Shown in pieces: positions 27,361 to 42,434 of a DNA stretch of 64,000 nt. How positions within the stretch are numbered: position 1 is the stretch's first letter; each line of letters begins with the position of its first letter. The notes under the pieces are model-generated. The model saw only the letters and a program-made list of their open reading frames with translations. It was not told where the DNA came from and ran no database searches. The position numbers and the translations under genes were made by a program. The stretch lies in assembly GCF_009914755.1 (NCBI RefSeq), contig NC_060947.1. The stretch is one strand, 5' to 3'. The stretch is from the human T2T-CHM13v2.0 reference genome, Homo sapiens.

Positions 27361-28764
27361 GCCATAATACTAAGAGGATGAGTGTGGACCTGAAAACCCC
27401 CAGCAGCTTCCTACCACACTAACCAGTGGCTGGCTGCTGGCTGAGGGACGGACTGTGATGACTCCCACTGGGTCCCAGGCAGGGAGATAACCTCACCTTC
27501 CACTAGCATAGCTCAGCGGAGCCAAGAAGGGGAGAGGACAGATTCAGGACACTCCAGTGCAGAATGTCAGCGGACGTGCATGTGTCCTGCCAGGGGAGTG
27601 AAGGTGTGGCATGTGAGCACGGAGTGGGAGGGAGGTGTGACTTATGGAGACTACAGGCTAGAAGAGAGACGAGATGCCATGGTTGGGTGGGTGGAGGTCT
27701 CTGCTGTGGGCGTGTTGCGTTTGAGATGCTGCTTGGACCTTCAAGTGGCCAAGTCATGCAGTCCCTGCAGGGATAGGTGAGGAGCTATGGAGGGTGGGGG
27801 CTGGAGACATCTGGGATGTAGACCTGGAGACTAGATTCGTTCACTGGAGAGACCGATGGCGGTGTAGTCAGCGAGGGGCACTCAAAGGTCGGGAAGATGC
27901 CTTTCAGAAACTCAGGGTGCCCAAAGCATTTCCAAAATCATTTAACACCTCCTTGCATTTTCACAGGGACTTGGAACCTCTTAGGAGATAAGAATATAGG
28001 GAACCAGCCATCTGGAGACTTCTGCAGAGAATATACATTAATATCACTGTCTTATTCTCACTGACTCCCCACCTTTTTAAAATAAGGGAGATGGCCTAGA
28101 CTAGGAATTTTGCTTAACTTCTATCCTCCTGTCCTTTTTTTCTGACTCTGCAGTTTTCATCTGAGGTAGAGAGAAATGATGCACTCTGCTAAATTAGACC
28201 TGAATATCTGTTGTTTTTCTTAGACTTGTGAAGTTTTTACTAACAACCACAAGCACAGTCCTGAACATCGTATAACAGCATCATTTGTTAATTTTTTGAA
28301 TGAATTTTGTGATTAACCTTGATTTAACAAGAACACCCAGCCCATTTCCCAACGACACAAATTAATACAAATTTAATGAACCGAAGTGTGCCCTTCTGCT
28401 GCCACGTAGCTCAGTTCTCCAGGGATGGAAGCTGGCCTGAGAATTTCTAAGTTTGACGAACATTCAGATGTTCCAGAAACTATCAAGATTCTGAGACTGT
28501 TTCTAGGAAAGGCCACAACTCTACTGGAAAGTATATCAGAATGACATTTTTGAATCTGAAAAGAAAAAAGTCCTGTACATTTTTAATTTTAGTTAAGAGT
28601 TTGAATCTGGCTTAATATATTCTTAACTTGCTAGTTTGAAAACAAACTGGTCGATGCTCATTTTCACTCTCATAACTGTTTCGATATTTCTGATTTTTTT
28701 TTTTTCTTTAACCAACAGAGGGGTCTTTGGAAGACATATGTGCTTTTAAGTTTCAATTTTCATT

Positions 28765-29670
<906 letters not shown>

Positions 29671-29739
29671 GGTTTAAGTTTTTGTGAGATGTGATAAAGG
29701 TAGGGTCCGACCGTGACTCCTATGATTTGATGCAAAGGT

Positions 29740-30357
<618 letters not shown>

Positions 30358-32259
30358 TTACGTCTGTTGACTGCTCTGCCCAACTCCGTGGGCTTTTCCA
30401 AGGGTCTGAGTAGGTGCATCAAGCTGTCCACCTAATTACTCACACCATCCTACACATTATTTGTCACTTTTTTGCATGTAAGCACCAATCCCAGTTGCTT
30501 AAGCCTGCAGGGGGCATTTCCTTCAGTAGGAGATGCAGAGTGTAAAAACTCCAACCCATTTGCATCTTGCTTATTTCAGGTACATTTCCTTTCCTGTTTA
30601 TAATTCCAAAGTGTGGCTTCCTATCATGCCTTTTAAGGAACTATCTATTCCCATTGACTAGGAGATAAATCTCTGTATAGTGGAGGAACCAAACTGAGGA
30701 AGACTTCTCAAAATTGTTCTTTTTATCATACACTTTTTTGGAACGAAGTTTATAGCCAACTAAGAGGCAGTCTTCTATTTTTAATCTGTGATATTTCTGT
30801 AAAGTCATGTAAATGTCATAACTGCAGTGTTTTCAAGTTGTTGTTGTTTTTGCAAAGAGCTGTTCTCTGCAGTGAGGGCTGAGTGTGACTTGTTAAAAAT
30901 GAAATTCACATAGCATCCGTTTCCTCCGTTAGCTTCTTTCACTTAAAGGACATCTTCAACATATCATTTAAGGGCAACACTTGGTTCATAGTGTTTAATT
31001 TGTTGTCAGGAATGTCAGCCTCAGAACTTCTTAATATACACACCCAACTCTACTGTAGGTGCCTATATAATTTACATTTAACCTATTATTTTATTTTATT
31101 TTATTCATGAGGGTGATCTTAGGACCTGAGATAAATTTGAACAGGATCAATACAAATCAGGCTATGTTTAAACCAGGAAGCAGAATTAAATTCTATTTTT
31201 CTTGTATTTGGGTTTTGCAGGAAATGGGGCATCGTGTTTTCTCTTTTGAAATTGTGTTTGAAGTGATATTTGCATGAAGAAGCAGCCTGTTTTCTATTAG
31301 ACTGGTAAAGTGGGAATAGTAGAAAAGAGAAAGGCGGGATTTGGGAAATGTGACATGAAGACGTTGTTAAATAAGGTATGCGTATAACTAAATGTGGCAA
31401 GAACAATGCTACTTAGATACGGAAGCTGCTAAAGTATTTTAATGTTCTCTTTACAAAAAAAAATTTAAGAATTTTAACATCTGCTAGAGCTCAATCTAGT
31501 CTGAATTTTTTTTCTCATCTGACCTTTTTCATTTTTCCTTTCTCAAACACACTTGCTCATTTAAAAAATTCAGTTGGAGAACCAAGTAATATGTTTCCAT
31601 TTAAGAAAGCCACAGATAAATATTGTTCCATTTGAAACTACAGCTTCACTCACTTGATACTTGTATGACTATTTTAAGTTCCTTTTAAAAAAATGGCTCA
31701 AATTTATCCTTTTGGGAGGGACTGGTGAAAACGTCTGCAGGTTCATCTTGGTTTTTAAATTTTTATGTGTTTAATTGTGGTAAAAACACATAAAAGTTTC
31801 ATCTTGCTTTCATGTTTGCTTTTAAGGTCTGAGAATATTAATAGAACAAAAGGAACACAACAGCATTCCAATGACCAGTGAGTGTAGCTGTTCCCACTGT
31901 GTGGTTATATTGTTTTTTTACAAGCCTACATATGTGGCTTTACCTATATTTTAATATGTGAATTCATACAGTGTAACTATAAAGCATTGTGCTCACTTAG
32001 TGGCACAGAGAGGTTAAGTTACTGACTGGGGGACATGCAGCCCTCAGCACGAAATTCTGGGATTTAGCCGAGAACAGCCTCACTCCAGGATCATGCTGCT
32101 TCTCAGAGTTTGCTAGCTTGCATTGTTAGAGTGTAATTTCTGGAAAACAAGGCCATACTGGAATCCGGAGGAGAGAAAGATGGCTTACACTGGGTATGAG
32201 TACAGTGTAGTTGAGATGTGCAAACAAGATGTAGGTAAGATAAAAGAAAATGCAAACTA

Positions 32260-32525
32260 GGCCGAGTGCGGTGGCTCACGCCTGTAATCCCAGCACTTTG
32301 GGAGACTGAGGCAGGTGGATCACGAGGTCAGGAGTTCAAGACCAGCCTGGCCAAGGTGGTGAAACCCCCGTCTCTACTAAAAATACAAAAAATTAGCTGG
32401 GCACGGTGGCAGGCGCCTGTAATCCCAGCTACTCGGGAGGCCGAGGCAGGAGAATCGCTTGAACCCGGCGGGGGGGCGGAGGTTACAGTGAGCCGAGATC
32501 ATGCCACTGCACTCCAGCCTGGGCG
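32260..32525 (+). mobile_element. AluS lacking its 3' end and A tail
   Basis: Ends abruptly at ccagcctgggcg; no tail and no TSD. Confidence 0.92.
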
Positions 32526-34354
32526 GTTACCCTTTTTTGGTTGTTTTTATTTTTTATTTTAAGATAGGTCATGTGGTGTAACGGGAAGCTGATGGGACTT
32601 AGGGTCAGACGACCTGGGATCATTCCTGGATTCCAATCTCCCTGGCAATGTAGTAAAAGGTCTCCTTGTCTTTGAGATGTCGGGACGGTGATGCAGTGAG
32701 GGGCAGGGTGTTAGGGAAGACTAAACTCATGTAACACGAAGCATGACACGTGTCGCGTGTGTCTCTTTGTACCACAATATCCTTGGACATACATATTCCT
32801 GACCTGGTAAGATGAGATTCTGTATGTTTTTTGAGACCTCAGCATCCCATGCCCAGACACTAAAGTCACAGGGGACCATCAGAGTCCCCTAGTAGTTTGG
32901 AAATTCTGATCACCAGTCAGCAAAGATATTTGACTGTTGGAAATTTTTTAAATGGTGAGCTCTCTTTTTCTGTTTCAAGATTCGGTCATCCTTTCTAATA
33001 GTAGACACGGAAGTCTTTTTGACAAAGGTAATGCTAGGCCCTGCACTGGCTGACACTCCATGCAGTGTACTGTCCTTCCATAGCCTGTGCCGTTAGTTTA
33101 CAGAGGTCAGTAGTACCTGCCCGCCCCACAGGGTTTGTGTCCAAGTGCTTCATCGTGGTAGAAGTGGTTTTTAATGAAACAATAGATTTCTTGGTCTTGC
33201 TTCAAGTGAAATCCCTGAAGTGTTTGCTTTCCCGATGATTTCATGCTGTAAACTGCCTATTTGTGGCCATGGCCCATGAGCATAAAGCAGCATCATTGCT
33301 ATTCAGGCACATAAAAGCCAGATAGAAGAAAACCTCACTATTTAGCCATCGTGTCAGAGAGAGCCAAACTACATGTCTTTCTGGGCCCTGGTTTTTAGGG
33401 GATTGAATGTCACCCAGACCTTGAGTCTTAGTTATCAGTGTCGCATATCAAGAAAGGACACTGAGGAATCAGAATTCTTACAAGGGTGGCAACTTTTATT
33501 TTATGAATTGAAAAATATTCCTATTCAGCGGCTGTAGTCACACAAAACTAGGCCTGATGTAAGGTTCCACACTTTTAAAAAGCATTGTATATATTTAACT
33601 AGGATTCTGTAGTCATTTATATTAGGAATATTGTTGCTAGTTGTTTTGCAAGTTTCCAGTAGCTGTAATGCAACTAGGGAAGCATTTACATATTGAAGGC
33701 AGGAGCCACCAATAATGTACGGATTTTAACAGTAATTAGGGTATCTGGGAATTGCACAGGTTTCATTCTCGAAAAGTTAACTGAATTGCACAGATCAAAA
33801 GTGAAATTGATTCACTCATCTAAACATGCACTCTGTTGCTTTCTTGGTGAGAGGAATGACCCACCTACTTGGTCTTCATGGAGCTCGGTCTCCTCATCTA
33901 TAAATAATATATTAAGTGTTGATCTAAGAATCTATGAATCTGAATTTTACATAATGAGAGAGATGTACATGTGAGTGAAAAGCAAAACCCTGTGATAACT
34001 CATTTTTGTTCCAGCTACAATATTGTGGACTCTGTGGACTAACTATAGCCAAGACTTATCTGAGTCAGGAAAAAAGTATCATAGAAAATCCAAAAATTAA
34101 TTGAAGGCAGTTGTTTGTAGGTACAGCCCAAGTGACTGCATAAATTTCACACCAACTAAAAGTGTTAAAGAGTAACAAGATGAAGGGGTTAGAATGATTT
34201 GTGATGGATACATTGTGCATTGGAAATTGTTTGTAAGACTTCCCCAATAATTGTGTTTCAGTTGCCCAATTCCTGTTTATTCTCATTGTGCAGAAGTAAG
34301 TTACTACTCCCTTCAATATAAATTAGTGTAAATTGTGAATTGCTTTCGTCTAAA

Positions 34355-34520
34355 ACAATGAGAGCACCCAACATGAAGCCAGGACTTGGGGTTCAAATCC
34401 TACTACTTGTTACCTGTGAAGCCAGCCTAGATTGTTCACTTACACTCTTCAGAAAGCAGCCTCTTTATCTACAAAATGAGAATAAACAGGGCTGATGTGA
34501 TGGTTCAGTTATATAATGGA
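34355..34520 (+). mobile_element. MIR fragment
   Basis: ggggttcaaatcctactacttgttacctgtga...tttatctacaaaatgagaata. Confidence 0.6.
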
Positions 34521-34792
34521 CATAATATTAAATAGACTCTTTCTTTCTGAATGGGAAAGTGAGGAGTTACTGTATTTAGAAGATGCATAACCAGCCTTGC
34601 TGTTCAAGAATGTTAGGAATGAAAACAGTTGATATGTGGTTCTCATGACTCAATTAAAAGATGCTATGTTTGTGTAAAAATTAAGAATACATTTCTGCTG
34701 AACTTGTGGAAGAAGCTTAGAGCAGAGGCTGCCTGTGCATTAAGACTGAGAGGACTTGGAAAGAGAAGATTTTTAATGTTTTCCTTTTACAT

Positions 34793-35006
34793 TAGGGTTT
34801 CCTAACTGTGGCACTGTTGACATGTAGGGCTGGAGAACTATCTGTGGGAGGTCCTTCCTGTGCACTGTAGGAGGTTCAGCAGCATCCCTGGGCGTCCCCC
34901 ACTGGATGCCAGCAGCACCCTCTCCGTATGGTGACCACCATAAGTGTCTCCAGACATTGTCCAATGTCCCCTGGGGGGCAAAATCACGCCTGCTTGAGAA
35001 CCACTG
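34793..35006 (-). mobile_element. MER20, near full length
   Basis: ggcactgttgacat...cctgtgcactgtaggaggttcagcagcatccctgg...tgtcccctggggggcaaaatcac...ttgagaaccactg. Confidence 0.9.
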
Positions 35007-35136
35007 AAAATTTCCCCAATATAAACATGCATTACTTCTGTAATTTTAATAGCAACTTAAAAAAAAAGATGTCATTTCCAAACTGACAAGGCTAGTCTGT
35101 ACAGCTTCACATATTGAAGACTCAGAAGAGTTGGAC

Positions 35137-35449
35137 TTTTTTTTTCTTTTTCTTTTCTTTTTTTTTTGAGACGGAGTCTTGCTCTGTTGCCCAGGCTGGA
35201 GTGCAATGGCGTGATCTCAGCTCACTGGCAACCTCTGCCTCCTGGATTCAAATAATTATCCTGCCTCAGCCTCCCAAGTAGCTGGGATTACAGGTGTGTG
35301 CCACCATGCCCAGCTAATTTTTGTATTTTTAGTAGAGACAGGGTTTCTCCGTGTTGGCCAGGCTGGTCTCAAACTCCTGACCTCAGGTGATCCTCCCACC
35401 TTGGCCTCCCAAAGTGCTGGGATTACAGGCATGAGGCACTGCGCCTGGC
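35137..35449 (-). mobile_element. AluS
   Basis: Full dimer reverse complement with T tail. Confidence 0.95.
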
Positions 35450-35793
35450 AGACTTGGATGTTTTTACGAGGCGTTTTGGGCTTGTGTTCTGTAAGCATCA
35501 GCTTAACAGAAAGTGATGTTGCATGACTGCCCCAAAGACTCCTGGTGGCAGCTGTGAAAGCATCCAGGGACCAAAACCTGTGCTGAGGTTGCCCTCAGGC
35601 ACCTGTGGGCCTGTCAGTGGGGCCATTCTAAGTAACCAAGACAAACCTGCTCTACTTGTGGAATACGGATCTTCTTCTTCTGCATGTTAGTTGTCTAGGG
35701 TCACCTTGATGATATTAGTAGGTTATCTGTTCTACTTTAGTAATGTGTTAGGAGTGCACAGCTTAATCAATCTAATATGATACTGCTCTAAGG

Positions 35794-36003
35794 TAGGGCT
35801 CAGCAAACTACTGCACACAGGCCAACTGGCTTGCAGCCTGCTTTTGTAGGTAGTTTTATTGGAACACATACACATCTGTTTGCATAAACACACCCATTTG
35901 TTTACAGATTGCCAGTGGCTTCCAGGTACACGTGACTACGATGGCTGCAAAGTCCAAGATCCTTGCTATTTGGCCCTTTAGAGAAAATGTGTACCTACCA
36001 CTG
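35794..36003. mobile_element. MER58A
   Basis: gggctcagcaaacta...gttttattggaacaca...tggccctttagagaaaatgt. Confidence 0.75.
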
Positions 36004-36968
36004 CTCCATGGTTCTGGAACTTTCTCCCCTTCTGTTGCCATATCTAGGTATATCTCCCATCTGTTAATCTCAGTTTCAGAAAGGGGGAGGATAGTAAACA
36101 GCATAGCCAAACAAGACAAATTATGATAGAGAGCACTGTGAATATTTCAACTTTATTCAGTGCTTTTAGTGAGTATGCGTGTGTTTCTCTGCATATCAGA
36201 TGCATGTAACGTGTACCAGAGTGTATTTATTAAAATGCCTGGCTCATGTACTTGTTCATGAAAGAAGCAAAACACCATCGTTTTCCTTGATTTAAAAAAA
36301 CGGTAGCAGCATTTGTGCTGGAGAACTTTGATAGAACATGGCAGTTGCGTGTAGGATATTGGACCAGACAGGCTGTTGGGGCCAGAGTTTTAAGAGGGTT
36401 TCTCTAGAAACAGACCGTACTAGGATTACATGGGAAGTGAGTGTGGAATACTTCGGGATCGCTGATCGCCGGTTGTATGGGAGTGAGGAGCAGGACGGGG
36501 CTCAGTGGGGAGCTTTCTGGAATGCCAGTCCCGCTCTTTCCTGCATGTCTACTACCCCCGTCCAAGCACTTCCTTGGCTCTAGTATGTCCTCATGAGCAG
36601 GGCCCATGACTTCCCGGTGTTATCTTCTGGATAATTTAATACAGGGTTCAGGATATTTGTTAAGTCCCATAAAGGTGTTTTAAGTGAACAGCTGAATGGC
36701 AACCTCAGTTTGATGATGCTCTGTCTCCTGGAGGGGCCTAATGTCTGGCTGTCTCCAGTCTCCTTCTAACAGACCGGCATCATCGTGTCGTGTTAAGTTC
36801 GCTTATTAATTCTCTACCAAAGGCATCTGCATTTAGTGTCCAGGAATCACTCGATGTTTCGTTTCTTTTTATGTTTTCTTTGCCTCCGAAATATCTTCCA
36901 CAGATTCCCTAAGGACGTGAGGAATGGAGGAAGTTGTGAAGGAGGAGAACTGTAAGCTGAATAGAATA

Positions 36969-37533
36969 CAGTCATCCCTCGGTATCTGTGGGGTATTGGT
37001 TCCAGGACCCCTGTATATACCAAAATCCAGGGAGGCGCAAGTCTCTGATATAAAATAGTGTCCTATTTGCATATAAACTATGCACATCTTCCTGTAAACT
37101 TTAAATCGTAGATTACTTGGAATACCTAATACATTGTAAATACTATGTAAATAATTGTTATATTGTTTTTAAAATTGTTTTTATTGTATTGTTTTTATTT
37201 TTTAAAAATATTTTTTTTCTTTCTTTTTTTGACACAGGGTCTTGCTAAGCTCACTGCAGCCCCTTCCTCCCGGGCTCAGGTGATCCTCCCACCTCAGCCT
37301 CCCAAGTAGCTGGGACTACAGGCGTGAGCTACCACGCCCAGCTAATTTTTGTATTTTTTGTAGAGACTGGGTTTCACCATGTTGTCCAGACTGGTCTCGA
37401 ACTCCTGGCCTCAATCAGTCCTCTCGCCTTGGCCTCCCAAAGTGCCGGGATTAGAGGCGTGAGCCACCACACCTGGCCTTAAAAATATTTTCAATCCGTA
37501 GATGCAGAACTTGTGGATACAGAGGGCTGGCTG
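36969..37533 (+). mobile_element. MER2 (TcMar-Tigger) interrupted by Alu
   Basis: ta|cagtcatccctcggtatc...ttggttccaggacccc...ggatacagagggctggctg terminal inverted repeats. Confidence 0.85.
37211..37478 (-). mobile_element. AluJ with internal deletion
   Basis: TSD ttaaaaatatttt; right-arm segment missing after cttgct. Confidence 0.92.
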
Positions 37534-37639
37534 TTCATATTTTCAAAGACTATATATCAACAACATATAATCAATATATAACATATATGAGATATATGGA
37601 TAATATATATATATATATTCAGTAACGATATACATGTAT

Positions 37640-38878
37640 TCAAAGTAGTAGGTTTGTTATAGACAGCATAGAGAAGACTCTGGCTTTTTAAATCCAGTTT
37701 CACAATCTCGGCCTCTTATTTATTTTGCTTTGATTTTTATTTTATTTTTGAACTTTTTAGGTTCAGGGGTACATGTGCAGGTTTGTTACACAGGTAAACT
37801 CGTGTCATGGGGGGTTTGTTGTACAGATTATTTTGTCACCCCCAGTATTCAGCCTGGTACCCAATAGTTATCGTCTCTGTTCCTCTCCTTCCTCGCACTC
37901 TTCACCCGGCAGTAGCCCACAGTGTCTGCTGTTCGTGTCTCAGCCTTTTCGCTGGAGTGGTTATACCATTTACCACTTGCTCTTTGTTTTCTCTTTGTAC
38001 CACTTACTCTGTGTTTCCTTTTTCCTCGGTTCCTGTGTGCTTTTGCATAAATTGCGGCTTTTTTGTGACTATACTTCACAGTAAGCTTATTAGCAATAAC
38101 TCATTGCTTTATTTTTTAGGGTGTTGCTCTAGTGTTGACAATTTTCATGTTTAACCTTATCACAATCTATGTTTGAAAGATATTTTACTTCACATATAAG
38201 AGCCTTACAACAACAATGTGCTTTCATTCTCCTTCCATTCTTAGTGCTTTGTGCTACATTTGCCGTATGTTTTACTTTTATACATGTTACAAACACCATA
38301 ATACGTTGTTATTAATTTTGTACTAAGAAGTCAATTATATGGAAAAGGATTCTTTTAAAGAGAAGAAAATATTTTTATGTTTATATTTACTATTTCTGCC
38401 ACTTATCATTTCTTTGTGGGAATCCACATTTTCCATCCGAAGTTTTTCTTCCCCTTCATGGACTCCCTTCAGTCTGTCTTGTAATGCAGGTCTACAAGAA
38501 GTGAATTCTCTCTGCTTTTGTTTCTTTGGTAAAGTCTTTATTTTGCCATCATTCTTTGAAAGATATTTCATCTGAGTGTAGAGTTTTGCATTGATACATC
38601 CTCTCAGTTCTTTAAAGATTTCATTGTCTTCTGCCTTGCATAGCTTTTGACAAGAAATTTGCAGTTTTTACTATCATTTTTCCCCTGGATATAACTTTTG
38701 GGTTGTTTTCTGGCTGCTTTTAAGAGTTTGTCACTGATTTTCAAGAAATTGATTGTGTCTTGTTGGGGTTTTCTATGCTGTTTATCCTGCTTGGAGTTTG
38801 TTTAGGGTTTTGAATCTGTTTTACTTTCCTTAACTGAGAGTTTTACAACTTGATTTGATCTTGGAATCCTTAAAATGC
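37640..38878 (-). mobile_element. Old L1M fragment (ORF1 C-terminus region) with nested L1PA-type 3' end at ~37735-37940
   Basis: Minus ORF 38335-38571 IKTLPKKQKQREFTSCRPALQDRLKGV resembles the L1 ORF1p C-terminus; ggttcaggggtacatgtgcaggtttgttaca is an older L1PA 3' end. Confidence 0.8.
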
Positions 38879-38879
38879 G

Positions 38880-39185
38880 TTTTTGGTTTTTGTGGTTTTT
38901 TTGAGACAGTCTGGCTCTGTCACCCAGGCTGGAGTGCAGTGGCCGCGATCTTAGCTTACCGCAACCTCCGCCTCCCGAGTTCAAGCGATTCTCGTGCCTC
39001 AGCCTCCTGAGTAGCTGGGACTGCGGGCGCATGCCACAACACCCAGCTAACTTTTTTGTATTTTTAGTAGAGATGGGATTTCGCTATGTTCGCCAGGCTG
39101 GTCTCGGACTCCTGGCCTCAAGTAATCTCTCCACCTCGGCCTCCCAAAGTGCTGGGATTACAGGTGTGAGCCACTGCGCCCAGCC
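38880..39185 (-). mobile_element. AluS
   Basis: Full dimer; TSD aaaatg(c/t)gtttt. Confidence 0.95.
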
Positions 39186-41117
39186 AAAATGTGTTTTAAG
39201 TAACATATTTTATCATCTCAGTACTAGTGTTTTATTAATGAACACTAAAACCAGTTAGAGAAACACTGATGAAAACCAGTGTTTATTATTTTTACATATT
39301 TTTATAACTCCATATTGGCTCCTTGGACCTTTTAGAGTTGGGTTACGAGAAAGCAATTGGGCATTTGCCTGGTATTATGTAGAGGGTATGCAAACACGGT
39401 TAGCTTGTGGAAAAGATATCAGTAACAATTGCCTGTGTAACCGCCAGCTTTATGGGAGTGCTCCAGTAGTAACATTTTTGCTTGTTTCAGCTATAAAAGC
39501 TATTACCACAATCTGTCTCTCTCATTTTGTACAGTAATGATCCATGAACATACTAAAGGGAAATTGATGGCATACCCAGGGTTACCATTTACAGATGGCA
39601 GTACTGAAATGTTAATTTCAAAAACATTCAAACTGTAGTTTTCTTCTGTAGACATGGGACAAGCAATTTTTATCATTTAATCATGCAGACTTGGTTTTAA
39701 AAGAAAACTCTTTTAAGATGTTCTTTGCTTTTAATTTATAGCCTTCTAGTTTGCTTATAACATATATGCTTATTTTTAAAGAACATTAAAGGTTAGGCCT
39801 AAGGAATTTGTGTGCAAAATTGGTCATTGATTATTAAGAAAATAATATAGAACCTTTTTTTATGTCATAAATACAACTTTAAAAGGAAGGGGACTCTTCA
39901 GAGTTGCCTCTGAGGAGCACATATGAAAAAGAAGGGCAGAGGTTTACTGCAGTGGTAAAAAATAATCCACCTAGATCAAGACTATTCCAAAAGTGAATTT
40001 AAAAAGAAAAAAAGATGAGATGGTAAGATATGAGGAAATAATGAATGCATTGTGACTTTCCACCTCCCCATACCCATTTTCATAGTTTGGTGAGTAGAAA
40101 GAGAAATGAGGATGCTGGCCCAATTTTGATTCCCAGTGGATGAGGCTCACACAGAACTGCCCTGCTTCTTGACACTATTATGATATTAAAAGTAACTTGT
40201 ATTTTTATAAGTTATTACCATCTTGGCACACTTGCATTCATTTTAGTCAAGTACTGTCACCTTTAGATTTCAAGCTTGCAGAGTCTTAAAAAAATACACA
40301 TTGGAGAACACATAGTCTTTTAACAGTAAAATCTCAGCTTATTAGAATGTTTAGTGACTGAGGTATTCAGAGTCAGTCAGAAAAGTATCTTTAGGATTTC
40401 AGCATGTGGAGATGTCTTTCATAGAGAAACCGGGGAGAGTCAGGCAAACCCTAGCACGTTGAGCATGGCGTATCCTCATCTGCACGGGCACTTAGACACC
40501 TGGACAAGTCCATTAGCAGTAAGGCAGGATAGAGGGGTTCACAGGATACGTGCTGCCCAGGATACGTACGTGCAGCCCAGAGCTGGGAGGAAATCATGAG
40601 GACCGACTAGACATTTATTGTACAGATGCATGACTGGCTGGTATGGCCTGGGATATGTCAGTGAAGATACACCGTGAGGTTGTGGGAGGTAGGATTCACA
40701 GTAAATCCTAAATTCTTCATCTTTGCACTCACGACGCACAATAGCTGATCAAAGCTTTTAGCAAACTGCAGCAAATGAAAAGGCGGCAGAACCTCATGGT
40801 GACAAATGCAAACCCTGGAGTCGGACTGCAAGCATTCACACCCCAGCTCCACCAGTCCCCAGCCCTAGGACCTAGACATGGAGCTGCATGTCAGTGTGTC
40901 CGTTCCCTCTGTGTGAGAACGGGATAGTAACAGCGCTCCCTCACACGCTCCTGTACACATGGAAACCACCACTGCCGTCGGACACAGTGTATGCTGTAGA
41001 AGCACTTATGGTACTAAGCACATTAAATATTTAAAATTATTAATTAGATTATTTAATCCAAGCTCAAAGCTCTCAGAACAGAGCCAGGCATGTAACAGGT
41101 ACAATATACATGTTAGC

Positions 41118-41254
41118 TATTATTATTATTATTTAATAGAGATGGGGTCTTGCTATGTTGCCCAGACTGGTCCTGAACTCCTGGCCTCAAGTGATCTTCC
41201 CACCTTGGCCTCCCAAAGTGCTGCAATTACAGGCATGAGCCACTGCGCCCAGCC
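41118..41254 (-). mobile_element. FLAM (Alu left monomer) with (TAT)n tail
   Basis: tagagatggggtcttgctatgttgcccag...gagccactgcgcccagcc. Confidence 0.88.
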
Positions 41255-41811
41255 TATTATTTTTTAATAACTTTATGTAACCCGGTGTTGCCAATTGTTT
41301 TGAAGTGTGGAGCCGTTTTTCAGATGACACATACTAAACATCTACTAAACAGCCTGAGAAACGGCACTCTGAAGAGCATGCCTTGGCAAACACTCCCCTA
41401 CTTACTCTAAAACTCCAGTCGATTGGCTTCCAAGTTCACTTGGTTCTCATTTTTCCTGGCAACAACTCTGCAAATTATTACCCCCATTTGATGAGGTGCT
41501 GGCTGAGAAGGCCCCTTGCCCAGGTATGTTTCCGACCTGCCTGTGACAAAGTGTTAGATTCTGAAAGCCGGGAGTGCTGGCCTCGGTTAGCTGAGTGATA
41601 CCAGCGTGGGGTCTTTCGAGGCTGCAGGCAAGATGTCCGCCCACCTAAAGGCAGGATGGGGGCTGGAGGGGCCGTGTCCCGGCGCCTCCTTCCTGTGGCT
41701 GCTGAGTTGGTATGGCTGTAGGCAGGGGGCCTCAGTCAGTGTTGTACCGTGCTGGCCTCGCCACGAGCACCCGAAGGAATTTTATCATACAAATTTGATT
41801 CTGTTTTATCA

Positions 41812-41951
41812 AGAGATGCCAGTAGCACCTCCACTTCCAGTTGGGACACCCCAAAATATCTCCAGACATTGCCTAATATCCCCTGGGAGATGGCGGGGGG
41901 TGTGGGGAGGGGGCGGCAGCGGGCACTGTCTCCCCTGCTCCAGAACACTGT
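41812..41951 (-). mobile_element. MER20 partial with G-rich insert
   Basis: agatgccagtagcacc...aaaatatctccagacattgcctaatatcccctggg. Confidence 0.8.
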
Positions 41952-42434
41952 ATTGAAATACAGAAACGTGATGCCAATCCCATGCTTTTATTTGGGATTA
42001 AATGTGTAATCCATATGCTTCTGAGTGGGAAAAAAAAAAACTTGGCTCCAAGCAGAAAATGGTGCATCCTTTGTTGTCATTGGGCAAATGCTTGGTAGGG
42101 ATTTGATCTGTGTAGAGGAATGCTCAGTCTGCAGTGGCAGCCAGGTAGTGAGCATGTGCGGCCCTGCACACAGCATGAGCTTGTCAGACAGACAGTGCTT
42201 GCCAAGCAGGGCTCTGGCATGCGCTTGTTGTTGGCTATGGCTCTTCCATGGGCAGGCTCCCGGCTCCTCCTTGTGCATCCATCCCCTTTGTTGGCCACCC
42301 TGCCTGCTGGCCTTAGGCCTTCTGCTCCTTTCCCCAGGTCCTGGCTCTCTCCAGCTTGGCCTCCCTCCGCCCATCCTGTGCACCTTTCATTCCTGGGTAG
42401 GAGGAGACTCAGGTAAAGAAGGATAAAGGCAGAA

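Noticed and set aside
38335-38571. ORF resembling L1 ORF1p C-terminus
   Set aside because: Degenerate fragment of an old L1; recorded as a mobile element, not a CDS.
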